Source of the DNA: Candidatus Eiseniibacteriota bacterium
GTDB lineage: Bacteria; Eisenbacteria; RBG-16-71-46
NCBI GenBank assembly: GCA_963725865.1
Contig: CAVSAC010000017.1
Coordinates: forward strand, 1-64,000
DNA: 64,000 nt
Direction: 5' to 3'
Shown: positions 1 to 12,401 of the stretch, one piece after another
How the letters are laid out: every line of letters begins with the position of its first letter
Position numbering within the stretch: position 1 is the stretch's first letter
Translations under genes and position numbers: made by a program
The notes under the pieces: generated by a model
Databases searched by the model: none
What the model saw: only the letters and a program-made list of their open reading frames with translations
What the model was told of the DNA's origin: nothing

Positions 1-902
1 TGTTATGTTCCTGCTACCTGGCTCGGTTGCGGTCTTGCTCTGGCGATCCAGTGCCTGGTCCGCGACGAGGACACGTCACGGGTACGGAAGCTCCTCTGGG
101 TCACCCAGCGAGCGGCCTTCGAGAAGGCCCTAGGGGAGATCGACCGCCACGCACTGTTGGTCCGACTCCACCTCGAGCCAAGTGACGTCCCGAAGCCCCA
201 GGATTCACCGCGACCCGGGCCACTGGCGTTCAGGCCAAGTCGAGCGGCTCGAGTGATCCGGGCATGCGTGGCTCGAGTGATGGGAGCGACCGGCGCGGAG
301 GGTGGGCTCCTGGCCGAGCCGTGCGCATTCGGGGTCGCGCTCCATCAGACTCGGCACCACCGGCTCGGCTTCTGGGGGCGCCCACATCGCGACGGGGGCT
401 GGCTGCACGAGCTCGCCCTCGTCGAGGATGCGGAGTCGGCCCTGTTGCTCATCTACTTCCGCCGGATGGCGATCGGCTCGTCGGGCGCGTGGGTGCTCGG
501 CGCGCTCGAGCGCGGGCGGATCCGCGACCGGCGCAGGTTGCGGGAGAGTCTGCTGCCACTGTTCGAGCTCAGGAGGCCCCCTGACCTGATCGCGGGGGAG
601 GTGCCATCGTTCGTGATCCACCCGGGTACGGGCATGCTGGGGATCGACGATCTGCAAGCGCTTCTGACCGCCGCGTTGCGTCAGCTCGAGCCCGGGTCCT
701 GTGCCGGCGCGATCCGCAAGCTGACGGGATCGAACGGCGCGTTCGCCCGTGTCCGTGTCGAGCCGGGTGGAAGCCCCAAGCGGCGTCGGGCCCGCCGGCC
801 GAACTGGACCAGTGGCTCAGGCTGTGGTGGGAGTGCGCGTCCGATCCCGCGGTGGCCGAGGACGAGTACACGACCTGGCGCACGGTCAACATGAGGGTGT
901 AG
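1..902 (+). CDS. Hypothetical protein, 5'-truncated by the window edge; probable frameshift near 770-795
   Basis: Frame 1 is open from base 1 through the 157..894 ORF. A more protein-like C-terminus (PAELDQWLRLWWECASDPAVAEDEYTTWRTVNMRV*) lies in another frame ending at TAG 900-902. Confidence 0.5.
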
Positions 903-915
903 CCGCGCGAGCGAC

Positions 916-2377
916 TCAGCGCGCGAACGCGCACACCTTGCCGTCGACACCGCTGACGTACACCAGGTCCGGCCCCAGCGCGGGTGAACCCGGGAATCCC
1001 CAGTCGCCCGACGCGGGCGGCTCGGGCGCGTACCTCCACACCACGGCGCCACTCGCGCGGTCCAGCGCCACCAGCGCGCCGGTGTTGGCGACCGGGTATC
1101 CCACCTGGCCGCTGACGGCGGCGTACACGCGGTCCGCCGTGACGGCGGGCTGGCCCCACGACCAACCGAGCACGTCGGTGATCCAGAGCCGCGTACCGTC
1201 CTTCGCCCTCCACGCCGACACGCTGGCGCCGTCGGACGAGCCCACGTACGCAAGCCCGTCGCGGATCGAGGCCGACGACTCGACCCAGGTGCCCCACTGG
1301 TAACGGCGCCACGCCACCTCACCGGTGCGAACGTCGAGACCGAGCAGGTCGTAGATGCGGTTGCCGATGAGGACGCGGCCCGGCGCGATGGCGGGGGTCG
1401 AGACCACCCGGCCCCCGGTGTCGCGCTTCCACACCAGGCGTCCGGTCGATGCGTCCAGGCAGTAGACCGAATGATCGTAGCTGCCGAACACCACCCGACC
1501 GTCGGCCAGCGCCGGCGCCGCCAGCACCGCATCGCCGCTCGCGAACTCCCAGAGCACGCGGCCGTCGGCCGCCGAGAGCGCGACGAGCCGCCCGTCGTAC
1601 GTGCCCACGTAGAGCTTGTCGCCCGCAACCGCGACGTCCGAGCCGAACCTGTCGTAGCGCGACTTGGGGTCGCTGAACGGCAGGCGCTCGACGGGGTGGG
1701 GCATCAGCTTCACCTGCCACACGAGCCTGCCCGTGGCACTCGCGATCCGGTACAGGATCCCGTCGTCCGCGGCCACGTAGACGGCGCCGGCGGCGCAGAC
1801 CGGCCGGCTTCGCACCGCGCCGGCGGCGGTGAACTCCCAGCGCTTCGCACCGGTCTCCTGGTCGAGCGCGAACACCTTGCCCCCGGCCGTACCCACGAAG
1901 ACGCAGCCGGCCGCGCAGCTCGGGCCTGCCCACATGGGGGAGCCGCCGTCGAAAGTCCAGCGCGGCCGCGCGCTGCCCGGAGGCACCCGGCGCGCTGGCG
2001 CCGCCGGCACCGGGCCGCGATGCAGGCTCACGGGCACCTGATAGGCGGGGAAGAACACCGCCGGCATCACGCCCGAGAGCACGCCGCGCTCGCCATCGAA
2101 GGCGAAGCGGAAGGGGCCGAGGCGGACCGAGTCGCCCTGCGCCACCAGTCGTGGGCGCGCCGATCGGCACCCGATCGAAGTGCAGGACCGGCAGCGTGTA
2201 CTCGACCGCGACGCGGCCCGAGGTATCGGGCGCGAACGCGAACCCGACCGCCGTCGAGTCGCCGTCGTGCGTGAGCGTCCCGGTCCAGGTGCCGGCGATG
2301 TCAGCGGCGGTCACGGCGAGGCAGACCGCTGGGGACGCGATCAGGGCGAGGGTCGCGGCGAGGATCGGCGTGGACAT
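916..2377 (-). CDS. Secreted PQQ-binding-like beta-propeller repeat protein (BamB-like); one frameshift near 2150
   Basis: Signal peptide MSTPILAATLALIASPAVCLA at 2377 joins the 916..2145 ORF, which has repeated 'ALD..TG...W' PQQ-type blades. Confidence 0.85.
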
Positions 2378-2552
2378 GCAGCCTCCGGGGTCGCGTGCGA
2401 GCGGCGGCGGGGGTGAACGCGTGCACCATGACGCCCCGGCGCCGGCGACGCCCCAGGAACGCCACCGGAGCGGAGGTCCGCCTCACCAGCGCGGCGCGAC
2501 TCCGGGCGTAGGGCGTCGTGTCGCACCCGGCGGCGACACGCGCGCGCGAGCG

Positions 2553-4292
2553 TCAGTCGATCGCCGGCGCCCGCTCCGTCACCGGCGTGCTGGGATGGTC
2601 GTCGTGCTCGCTCTGGCGCAGCAGCAGCACCAGCGGCAACGTGAGCCCCAGCACCAATCCGGTGAGGGCGAACACGCGCTCGAACGCGATCACCGCGCCC
2701 TGCTGGGCCACGGCCCCGGCCAGTACCTGGAGTGCCGCGGTCTTCGCGCTCAGCGCGTCCATGCCCTGCGTCATGAAGCCGCGCGTCAGCGCCGCGAGCC
2801 GCTCGGCGGCCTCGGGGCGATAGGGGCTCACGTACCCGCTCAGGTCGGCGCGCGCCCGATCGGCGTACTGGGTGAGCAGCGTGCCGTAGATGGCCAGGCC
2901 CGCCGAACCTCCGAACTGGCGCACCACCGAGTTGAGCCCGGTGGCGTCGGCGAGCTGCACGCGCGGCACGAAGCTCAGCGCCACCGTGGCCAGCGGCACG
3001 AACAGGAACGAGAATCCGACGCCCTGCAGAACCAGCACGCCGATCACGCCGGTCTGGCTGGTCTGCAGCGTGAAGCTCCCCATCTGCCAGCAACCCACCG
3101 CCACGCACGCGACGCCGATCGCCACCAGCAGCCGCGGCGCAACGTGGTTGTAGATCCGCCCCACGATGGGTGTCACCACCATCATCACCAGCGCCCGGGG
3201 CAGCATCGCCAGCCCGGACTTGAGCGCGGTGAAGCCCAGCAGCTCCTGCAGGAACACCGGCAGCAGGAACATGCCCGCCATGAGGCTCGAGAACATCACC
3301 GCCGCGAGCGCGGTGGCCGACGCGAACACCGGATCGCGGAACAGCCGCAGGTTCACCGCCGGCGCCGGCACGTGCAGCTCCGTGTACACGAACCCCACCA
3401 GCCCCACCAGCGCCACGAGGCTCAGCGCCACGATCAGTCGGGATGCGAACCAGTCGTTGCGGTTGCCCTCCTCGAGCACGTACTGGAGCGATGCCAGCCC
3501 CGCGCTGAGCAGCACGATGCCGAGCCAGTCGAAGTCACGCTTCATGCGCGCGGCCTGCGCCGCGTTGGCCGCGCGGATGTCCGCGGGCTCGTGCACGAAG
3601 CGCTGGCTCATGACGATGCCGAGCAGGCCCACCGGCAGGTTGATGAAGAAGATCCACGGCCATGACCAGTTGTCCACGATCCAGCCGCCCAGCGCGGGAC
3701 CGACCGCGGGACCGAACGTGATGACCATGCCCACCACCGCCATCGCCATGCCCTGCTCCCGGCGCGGGAACGTCTGACGCAGGATGGCCATCTGGGTCGG
3801 CATGAGCGCCCCCGCCCCGAAGCCCTGGAGCGTGCGCGACACCACCAGCTGCGTGAGCGTGCGCGACAGGCCACACATGGCCGAGCCCACGATGAAGAGC
3901 GCGAGGCAGAAGAGATAGACCCGCTTCTGGCCCACGAACCGGCCGAGGAACGCGGTGAGCGGCATCACCACCACCTGGGCGATGGCGAACGACGTGGCGA
4001 GCGCCGTCATCTGGTCGATCGAGGCGCCGATCGAGCCGCGGATCTGGGGCAGCGCCACGTTGACGATCGAGAGGTCGATCGTGCCCATGATCGCGCCGAT
4101 GCTGACCGACGCGGCGACGAGCCACTTGTGGTCGATGGAGCCCGCCGGCTCGGGTGCGGGTCGCGGGTCGGACCCGGGCGACGCCTCGTCCGCGACGTCG
4201 GGGCGGGATGCGCCGGCGCCCGGGTGGCGCGGCCGCCCGCGGGTATCGAGCGGGCGGTCGGAATGCGGTGATGCAGGAGCGTGCGAACTCAA
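2553..4292 (-). CDS. DHA2 (EmrB/QacA) family MFS efflux transporter
   Basis: Motifs 'IDLSIVNVALPQI', 'SRTLQGFGAG', 'GPALGGWIVDNWSWPWIFFINLPVG'; many hydrophobic helices. Start codon uncertain. Confidence 0.93.
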   Translation of the reverse strand: MSSHAPASPHSDRPLDTRGRPRHPGAGASRPDVADEASPGSDPRPAPEPAGSIDHKWLVAASVSIGAIMGTIDLSIVNVALPQIRGSIGASIDQMTALATSFAIAQVVVMPLTAFLGRFVGQKRVYLFCLALFIVGSAMCGLSRTLTQLVVSRTLQGFGAGALMPTQMAILRQTFPRREQGMAMAVVGMVITFGPAVGPALGGWIVDNWSWPWIFFINLPVGLLGIVMSQRFVHEPADIRAANAAQAARMKRDFDWLGIVLLSAGLASLQYVLEEGNRNDWFASRLIVALSLVALVGLVGFVYTELHVPAPAVNLRLFRDPVFASATALAAVMFSSLMAGMFLLPVFLQELLGFTALKSGLAMLPRALVMMVVTPIVGRIYNHVAPRLLVAIGVACVAVGCWQMGSFTLQTSQTGVIGVLVLQGVGFSFLFVPLATVALSFVPRVQLADATGLNSVVRQFGGSAGLAIYGTLLTQYADRARADLSGYVSPYRPEAAERLAALTRGFMTQGMDALSAKTAALQVLAGAVAQQGAVIAFERVFALTGLVLGLTLPLVLLLRQSEHDDHPSTPVTERAPAID

Positions 4293-4547
4293 GGCGGCCT
4301 CGAGTGCGGGACCCTTGCGAGACTACTTCCGTGCTGCGGATGCGACAACGCGGCGCTTACGCGCGGGGGCGGCGCCGGGCGTGCAGGTGGTTGGTGTCGC
4401 CCTCGCGCTCACCCCGGCCGCCGCGGCCGCGCCCTCGGGCCGGTCGGGGCGGGTCCCCGCCTGCGTGGTCAGGTTATCGGCCCGACCTGCCGAAAACCTC
4501 CGTGACTGCCTACCCGACCGGTGGCCCATCCCCGAGGTGTCGACCAC

Positions 4548-6440
4548 GTGACCGCAGAACGCCCATTCGCGCCCAGCCACTCGCGTGAGTCCTTCGTCGA
4601 GACGCGCTCGGGCCGGGAGATCCTGGACCGGCTCGGCGACGGGCTCGGGGCGCGCGAACCGTTCCTGCTCCTCACCGGCGAGCCCGGCACCGGCAAGACG
4701 GCACTGGTGCACGAGGCGCTCGCGCGCTGGGGCTCGCGGGTCACGGCGGCGGTCCTGGCCTTTCCGGCGCTCGCGGGCTGCGAGCTGCTGGAGGAGATCG
4801 TGCGCCGCTTCGGCGTCGAGCCGCCCGAGGGCGCCAGCCGCTCCCGGCTGGTCGCGTGCTTCGAGAGCGTGGTCGCCGAGATCGCAGGCCGCGGGCAGGT
4901 GGCGGTCCTCGTCGTGGACGACGCGCACGATCTCCCGGCGGAGCTGCTCGAGGAGCTCCGCCTGCTGGTCAACGCGGCGCTGCAGGCGAGCCGGCCGATC
5001 GAGGTGCTGCTCGTCGGCCTGCCCGCGCTCGAGGCCCGGCTGGCCGACCCCGCCCTGCCCGCGCTCGGCCAGCGCGTCTCGGTGCGCGCGAGCACGACGG
5101 CGCTCTCCTCCGCCGAGACTCTGCGCTACCTCCATCATCGTGTCACGGCGGTGGGCGGCGACGGGCCGGGGCTGTTCTCGCGCCGCACCAGTCGCGAGAT
5201 CGCGGCGCTCGCGCACGGTGTGCCGCGCCGGATCGATGCGCTCGCGGGCGAGGCGCTGCGCCTGACGCGTGCCGCGGGTCAGCCCACGGTGAGCCCCGAG
5301 CAGGTGCGCGCCGCGGCGCTCGCGCTGTGGGGCGCCGCCGCGGCGAGCCGTGCCACCGCCGCGAGCGACGCCGATCCGGCGGGCGCGCCGCCGGCGCGAT
5401 CCGAGCGTCGTCCCGACGGGAAGGGGCGGGCATCCACCGCGGCTGCGGCGGGCGCTCCCGCCGTCGCATCCGCCGCCGCGCCGCCGGTCGCTCCCGGCAT
5501 CGTCACTGTCGCCGCTCCGCTCGCCCAGCCGGCTTCCGGTCCCGCCGTCATCCCCGCAGCCGGCACGCGCCACGACGATGCCGCCGCACCCCGACACGTG
5601 CCGCCCGCGCCCCAGGATGCCAAGGAGTGGGTGGCGCGTTTCGTGGGAAGCAGCGGACCTCTGCAGATCTCCTCCCGTGCGTTCGTGGAGTCGAAGTGGG
5701 CGCCGGAGCCGTCGGACGCGCCGGCGCTCGAGTCCGCTCCGACCCCCACGGCGCCCGAGGTCGAGTCCGCTCCGATCCCCGCCGCGTCAAAAGGACCGCG
5801 GCCGCGGCGCGCGAGGCTGCTCCGCGCTCCATCGCGATCACGACGAGGACGGCGCGCGCACGTGCCGGCCGCCGCGGCGCTGATCGCGATCGTGGCGGTC
5901 GTCGCCGTCGGGGCGATCCTCCGTTGGGGAGGCTGCGCTCGCCGCGCCGCGCGCGCGGCGGGATCGGCGACGACTCCGATGGCGCCCGGAGTGCAGGCTC
6001 CTGGCGCGGTCGCGGCCGCGGCGGCTGGCAGCGGAGCGCCGCTCGTGACCCGGGTGGTACGGGCGGCGCCCCGTGCCGATCAGCGTGGAGCGACCTCGCT
6101 GTCGCCGAAGCCCGGCGCAGCTCGTGCCCCGGCGGGCGGGCCCGGGGCCGCCAGTCCGGCCAGTCTCGAAGCGGACGACCAGCGTCGCTACACGATCGAC
6201 GTGGGTGCCTACCTCGACCTGGAGCGCGCGCTCCTGAATCGCGACCGGCTGCGCTCGCGCATGAGGATCGAGGGCTGGGTGGTCACCTCCGGCACGGGCG
6301 GCGAGGAATCGCATCGCATCGTTCTGGGCGTCTTCCGCACGCCCGAGCGGGCCACGGCCGCGGCCCACGTGCTGCTGGCCGACGACGCGGTCACCGAGGC
6401 GCAGGTGATCCCGCTGCCGCCGCGCCGCCTGCGGCGCTAG
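4548..6440 (+). CDS. ExeA/GspA-like AAA ATPase with Ala/Pro linker, TM helix and C-terminal SPOR domain
   Basis: Walker A GEPGTGKT, Walker B VLVVDDAH, 'LLVGLP', 'GVPRRID'; SPOR-like 'YTIDVGAY...HRIVLGVF'. GTG at 4548 follows GAGGT. Confidence 0.85.
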   Translation: MTAERPFAPSHSRESFVETRSGREILDRLGDGLGAREPFLLLTGEPGTGKTALVHEALARWGSRVTAAVLAFPALAGCELLEEIVRRFGVEPPEGASRSRLVACFESVVAEIAGRGQVAVLVVDDAHDLPAELLEELRLLVNAALQASRPIEVLLVGLPALEARLADPALPALGQRVSVRASTTALSSAETLRYLHHRVTAVGGDGPGLFSRRTSREIAALAHGVPRRIDALAGEALRLTRAAGQPTVSPEQVRAAALALWGAAAASRATAASDADPAGAPPARSERRPDGKGRASTAAAAGAPAVASAAAPPVAPGIVTVAAPLAQPASGPAVIPAAGTRHDDAAAPRHVPPAPQDAKEWVARFVGSSGPLQISSRAFVESKWAPEPSDAPALESAPTPTAPEVESAPIPAASKGPRPRRARLLRAPSRSRRGRRAHVPAAAALIAIVAVVAVGAILRWGGCARRAARAAGSATTPMAPGVQAPGAVAAAAAGSGAPLVTRVVRAAPRADQRGATSLSPKPGAARAPAGGPGAASPASLEADDQRRYTIDVGAYLDLERALLNRDRLRSRMRIEGWVVTSGTGGEESHRIVLGVFRTPERATAAAHVLLADDAVTEAQVIPLPPRRLRR

Positions 6441-6814
6441 CCGAGCGCTTCCCGCGGCTCCGCGTGCTCCCTCCGCGGGTGTGGCCCGGCGAGGAGCGGA
6501 TCGGCCACGACGGATCCAGCGCGCCGGGACGGGCGGTGTCGGTCTTGACCTGGCATCCGACCCAGGGGGTTGCGGACGCGCCATGGAACGCCACGACGCT
6601 GCCCGCCCTGGCGAAGCGGTCGGTCTCCGAGACGACCCTGTGCCGGCGGTGGACGATCCCCTGACGTCGCCTCCTGTAAGTTCGACCTCGCTTTGAAGAA
6701 TCGCGGCCCGGTGGCGTGTCACCGAGACCCGTCGCGGGGCCCGGAGCCGGGATCGCGACTCCAGCGGTGTTGATCAGCCGCGACTTGCAGCTCGATCGGG
6801 ACCGCGACCCTGCG

Positions 6815-6830
6815 TGGCATGCTTCTCGCA
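6815..6830 (+). promoter_or_regulatory. Candidate sigma-54 (-24/-12) promoter
   Basis: TGGCATGCTTCTCGCA with GG-N10-GC spacing, in a ~500-bp intergenic region upstream of the 6969 gene. Confidence 0.45.
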
Positions 6831-6968
6831 GTCCTTGAACTCAAAAGGGTGGCGCGCCTTTGCTCGAGGCCCGTCCCGCAGCGCACCGCCAATGCGGCGG
6901 GCGGAGGCGGACTCCCGAGGTCGCCAGCATCGGATCCGTTCGAGCGCAGCTCAGCCGGGGAGATCACC

Positions 6969-7466
6969 ATCGCACGTCTCAAGACGCACCTGTTGCTCCC
7001 GCTTCTGGCCCTGGGCCTGACCGTCGCGACGGTCGCCTCGGTGCACGCCGAGGACCGCTACAACCACCCGATGACGATGGGTGGCATGCCCGCGACCATG
7101 CAGGTCACGTTCGGAAACGCTCCTCACTGGGCGCCCGTTCGCGGCACCCGCGTCCAGATGGTCCGCATGCAGGAGCGTCCCCAGTACGACATGTTCCGCT
7201 ACGGGAACGCCTACTACGTCTACAACAACAACCAGTGGTACATGTCCCACCGCGGTCGCGGCCAGTTCAACATGATCGACGCACGCAACGTCCCGCGCGA
7301 GCTGACGATGGTCCCGCGCCAGCACTGGCGGAACTACCCGACCGCGTGGGACCAGAACCGTGGTCCGGGCAACGGCAACAACGGCAACAACGGTAACAAC
7401 GGCAATCGCGGCAACGGCCATCCTGGACGTGGAAGCGGCCACCAGGGCGACGGTCGCGACCGCTAG
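6969..7466 (+). CDS. Small secreted hypothetical protein with Tyr/Trp-rich core and Gly-Asn-Asn repeat tail
   Basis: Signal-peptide-like RLKTHLLLPLLALGLTVATVASVHA after RBS GGGGAG; the apparent start codon is ATC. C-terminal GNN repeats. Confidence 0.75.
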   Translation: MARLKTHLLLPLLALGLTVATVASVHAEDRYNHPMTMGGMPATMQVTFGNAPHWAPVRGTRVQMVRMQERPQYDMFRYGNAYYVYNNNQWYMSHRGRGQFNMIDARNVPRELTMVPRQHWRNYPTAWDQNRGPGNGNNGNNGNNGNRGNGHPGRGSGHQGDGRDR

Positions 7467-7602
7467 CAGCGGCGGGATCAGCGGCACCGAAGCATGGCAG
7501 GTGGTCACGGAACGGGCGCAGCAGTCAGGCGCCCGTTCCTCGTTGCATCGACGCGACCCGGTGATGGGGCGCCTGAGGCGACGCGCGGGCGACCGCGCCC
7601 GC

Positions 7603-8583
7603 TCACCCCGGCAGTCGCAGCCGCGCCCGCAGGCCGCCGAGCGGCGACGCCTCGAGGGTGATGCTGCCACCGTAGAGCTCGGCGAGGTCGCGTACGATCG
7701 CGAGACCGAAGCCCGACCCGGCGCCGACCTCGTCGGCGCGCACGCCGCGCTGGAGCACCGCCTCCCGCAGCTCGGGCGCCAGGCCGGGCCCATCGTCGTC
7801 CACCGTCACGGCGAGGGCGCCGGCCTCGGCGCTCGAAGCCACGCTCGACGCGCGATCGCGCCCACTTGCAGGCGTTGTCGAGCAGGTTGCCGAGCATCTC
7901 GTCGAGGTCCTGGCGCTGCACGCGCACGACGTGCTCGGGGGCAACCCTCACGTCGAGGGTGAGTCCGCGCTCGGCGTGCAGCCGGCGCAGCGTGCGCGCG
8001 AGGCCGTCCGCCGAGTCGCGCACCGGGCAGCGCGCGTCGGGCGAGGCGCCCGAGACGGCGGCGCGCGCGTGCGCCAGGTGGTAGTCGACCTGACCGCGCA
8101 TGCGCGTCGACCTGCTCGTCCACCGCGGCGCGCCTCGGCGTGGCCGGCGGCGCGCAGCGCGCTCGGCCTCCTGGGCGAGCACGGCGAGCGGCGTCTTGAG
8201 CCCGTGCGCGAGGTCGCCGGCCTTGGCCTGCGCGCGCGCCACCCGGCGCTCGCGGTCCTCGAGCAGCGCGTTGAGGTCGTCGACGAGCGGCTGCACCTCG
8301 GACGGGTAGTTGCCCTCGACACGGCGCGTCGCGGCCTTCGCGCACCGCCGCGAGCCGCTCGCGCAGCAGCCGCAGCGGCGACAGGCCGCTGCGCACCTGG
8401 GTGAGCGCCGCGACGATCAGGCCGAACGCCACCATCGAGAGCAGCCCGAAGTGGACCGCGCCCAGGGTGCGCGGGAAATGACGGATCAGCGCCAGCGAGG
8501 CGAAGTGGACCATCCACGTGATGCCCGACCGTCCACAGCAGCGCACCCACGATCAGGCGCGCGCGGAGCGACCTGAGCCCCAT
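7603..8583 (-). CDS. Sensor histidine kinase (PhoQ/FeuQ/QseC-like), multiple frameshifts
   Basis: H-box 'DLAHGLKTPLAVL', N-box 'GNLLDNACKWA', G-boxes 'DDDGPG', 'GSGFGLAIV'; ATG overlaps the regulator stop (TGATG). Confidence 0.9.
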
Positions 8584-9250
8584 CACGACGGGGCTCCGAT
8601 GCGGTAGCCCAGCCCGCGCACCGTCTCGATGAACGCCGCGCCGAGCTTGCGGCGCAGCCGCGCGACGAACACCTCGACCGTGTTCGAGTCCCGGTCGAAG
8701 CTCTGGGAGTAGATGTGCTCGATCAGCTCGCCCTGCGACACGACGCGCCCGCGGTGGTGCATCAGGTAGACGAGCACGCGGAACTCGTGGCTCGGTGAGC
8801 TTCACGGGCACGCCGTCGAGCGTCACCCTCGCCAGGCGCGGGTCGAGCGTCACCGCGCCGCAGCGCAGCTCGGGCGCCACCTGGCCGCTGGCGCGGCGGA
8901 TCAGCGCCCGCAGCCGCGCCAGCACCTCCTCGATGCGAAACGGCTTGGCCACGTAGTCGTCCGCGCCGCCGTCGATGCCCTGCACCTTCTCGTGCCAGCT
9001 GCCGCGCGCCGTCAGCACCAGCACCGGCATGGCCACGCCGGCCTCGCGCCAGCGGCGCAGCACGGTGAGCCCGTCGATGCCGGGCAGTCCGAGGTCGAGC
9101 ACCACGGCGTCGTAGCCGCTCGGTGCTGGCCGAGGAACGTCGGCGCGCTCGCCGTCGGCCGGCGCAGTCCACGGCGTAGCCGGCCTGCCCGAGCGCCTCG
9201 ACCAGCTGCCGCGCCAGCGCGGCCTCGTCCTCCACCACCAGGATCCTCAC
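8583..9250 (-). CDS. OmpR-family response regulator, frameshifted
   Basis: 'RILVVEDE', '[11 protein letters not shown]', '[10 protein letters not shown]', winged-helix '[17 protein letters not shown]...IETVRGLGY'; GTG 9250 with GGAGG RBS. Confidence 0.93.
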
Positions 9251-9285
9251 GCGCTCCTCCTGCCCGCCATCCTGCCGCGCGGCGG

Positions 9286-9324
9286 CTGAACCGCACCTGA
9301 ACGCGTCGTTCAAGCTGCGTTCAG
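9286..9324. promoter_or_regulatory. Operator array between the divergent regulator and ABC genes
   Basis: CTGAAC-N5-CTGAAC-N5-GTTCAA-N5-GTTCAG: four half-sites at 11-bp period, symmetric about the centre. Confidence 0.7.
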
Positions 9325-9347
9325 GCCCCCGAGCATACGGTGCGGCC

Positions 9348-10012
<665 letters not shown>

Positions 10013-10016
<4 letters not shown>

Positions 10017-12401
10017 GCCTCGCCCCGCGCTGGACCAAGGCGCTGCGCGACCTCCAGCAGCGGCCGGGCCGCTCGCTGCTGGCGGTGCTGGCGATGGCCG
10101 CGGGCGTGCTCGAGATCGGGGCGATGCTGTACGCCTACTCGATCCTGAACCCGGTCCTCACCACGATGTACGGCAGCACCCGGCCGGCCTCGGCCACGCT
10201 CGTCACCCAGCGGGTGAGCGACGCGCTGGTGGACTCGGTGCGCCACGTGCCCGGCGTGGCCGATGCCGAGAGCCGGCCGGTGGTGATGTCCCGCATCCGC
10301 GTCGGCGACGGCGAATGGGTGCCGGGCGTCGTCGACGTGGTGCGCGACTTCGAGCACCAGCGCATGGACCTGCTCACCCACGAGGACGGCGCCTGGCCGC
10401 CGGCCGCGGACGACATCCTGCTCGAACGCTCGGCGCTCGCGGTGGCCAGGGCCAGGGTCGGCGACCGCATCACGGTGCGCACCCCGGGCGGCGGGGACCG
10501 CACGCTGCGCATCGCCGGGACGGTGCACGCCGCGGGGCTGGCGCCGGCGTGGATGGAGCACATGGTGCCGGCGTTCGTCGGCTGGGACTCGCCGCTGCGC
10601 GGCGTCGCGCGCGGCGAGTCGGAGCAGATCCGCATCGTGGTCGCCGAACACGGCAGCGAGGAGGGCTGGATCCGCGAGGTCGCCGACTCGGTGAAGACAC
10701 TGCTCGAGCGCCAGGGCCACCCGGTGGCGGGCATCACCGTTCCCCCGCCGGGCCGCCACCCGCACGCGGACCAGATGGCGGCGTTCCTCTACCTGCTCGG
10801 GGCGTTCGGCATCCTCAGCTTCCTGCTCGGCGCGGTGCTGACGGCGAGCATGGTGCACGCGCTGCTGGTCGAGCAGCTCAGGCAGGTCGGCATCATGAAG
10901 GCGATCGGCGCCTCGACCCGGCAGGTGGCGGGGGTGTACCTGGCGCAGGTCTCGCTGCTCGCGGCCGCGGCGCTGGCGCTCGGGCTTCCGGCCGGCATCG
11001 CGATCGGGCGCGGCTACGCGCGCTTCTCCGCCGGCATCCTCAACGCCGACATCACCCACACGCCGTTCCCGATCGCCGTGGTGGTGGCCGAGGCGCTGGT
11101 CGGCCTGCTGGTGCCGCTGCTGGTGGCGCTGATCCCGGTGCTGCGCGCCTCGCGCATCACGGTGCGCGAGGCACTCGGCGACGACCTCGGCCCGCACCCG
11201 TTCGGCACCCGGCGGCTGGAGCGCTGGCTCACGGCGATCCGCTGGCTCCCGCGGCCACTGATGCTCTCGCTGCGCGGCACCTTCATGCGCCGCGGCCGGC
11301 TGGCGCTCGCGGTGGTCACGCTCGCGGTCGGCGGTGCCGCCTTCATCGCCGCGCTCGACGTGGCCGAGGGCTGGAACGAGGCGGTGCGCCGCGACTTCAG
11401 CCGCCGCCGCTACGACCTCACGGTGGTGCTCGGCGAGTCCACGCCCATCGCGCTGCTCGCACGCGTGCTCGAGGGGGTGCCCGAGGTCGAGCGACGCCGA
11501 GTACTGGGCGGGCGCGAGTCCCTACCTGATCGGTGCGGCCGGCGTGCCCACCGTGCAGGTGGCCCTCGTGGGCCCCGAGCCGACTAGCACGCTGCTGGCG
11601 CTGCCGCTGATGTCGGGTCGCTGGCTGCGCGCCGGCGACTCGACCGGCGCCGTCGTCAACCAGGCGGTGCTGGCGCGCGAGCCGTCCCTGCGGGTGGGGG
11701 GCGAGGTCCGCCTGCGCGTCGGCGGACGCACGGTCGCGTTCCCCATCGTCGGCGTGGTCAAGGAGCTGGCGCCGATGCCGGTGGTGTACGCGCCGCGCGC
11801 CGCGGTGCTGGCGGCCAGCGCGGGGCGCGGCGAGTTCGCCCGCACCGTGCGCATCGTGACGCGCCAGCACGACGAGGCCGGCCAGCGCGCCGCCGCGCGC
11901 AGGCTCGAGCAGGCGTTCGAGCGCGCCGGGCTCGAGGTCGGGCTGATCCAGCGCATGACCGACGCGCGCAAGGGCATCCTCGACCACCTGGTGATCATCC
12001 AGTCCATCCTCACGCTCGCCTCGATGATCGTGGTGCTGGTCGGGGCGCTCGCGCTCACCTCCACGCTCACGCTCAGCGTGGTGCAGCGCACCCGCGAGCT
12101 CGGCATCCTCGGCGCCATCGGCGCCACGCCCGGCACGCTCGCCGGCCACGTCTGGTTCGAGGGGGTGCTGATCGGGGTCATGAGCTGGCTCCTCGCCAAC
12201 CTGCTCGCCGCTCCCCTCGCCTGGCTGCTCGAGACCGCGACCGGGAACATCTTCTTCAAGGCGCCACTCGACTTCTACCTCGGGCCCGCTCCAGCGGCCG
12301 TCTGGCTGGGGCTGGTCCTCGTGCTCGCCTCGCTCAGCAGCGTCTATCCGGCGTGGCGCGCGTCACGTCTCACCGTGCGGGAGGCTCTGGCCTATGCGTA
12401 G
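10013..12401 (+). CDS. ABC transporter permease, double FtsX-type; frameshift near 11495
   Basis: GTG 10013 overlaps the ATPase stop; two 'R.(V/L)GI(M/L).AIGA' FtsX-type motifs; ends '[11 protein letters not shown]'. Confidence 0.88.

Noticed and set aside
7368..7420. GGCAACAAC tandem repeat as a DNA-level element
   Set aside because: It is explained as a coding low-complexity GNN tail, with a synonymous variant among the units.
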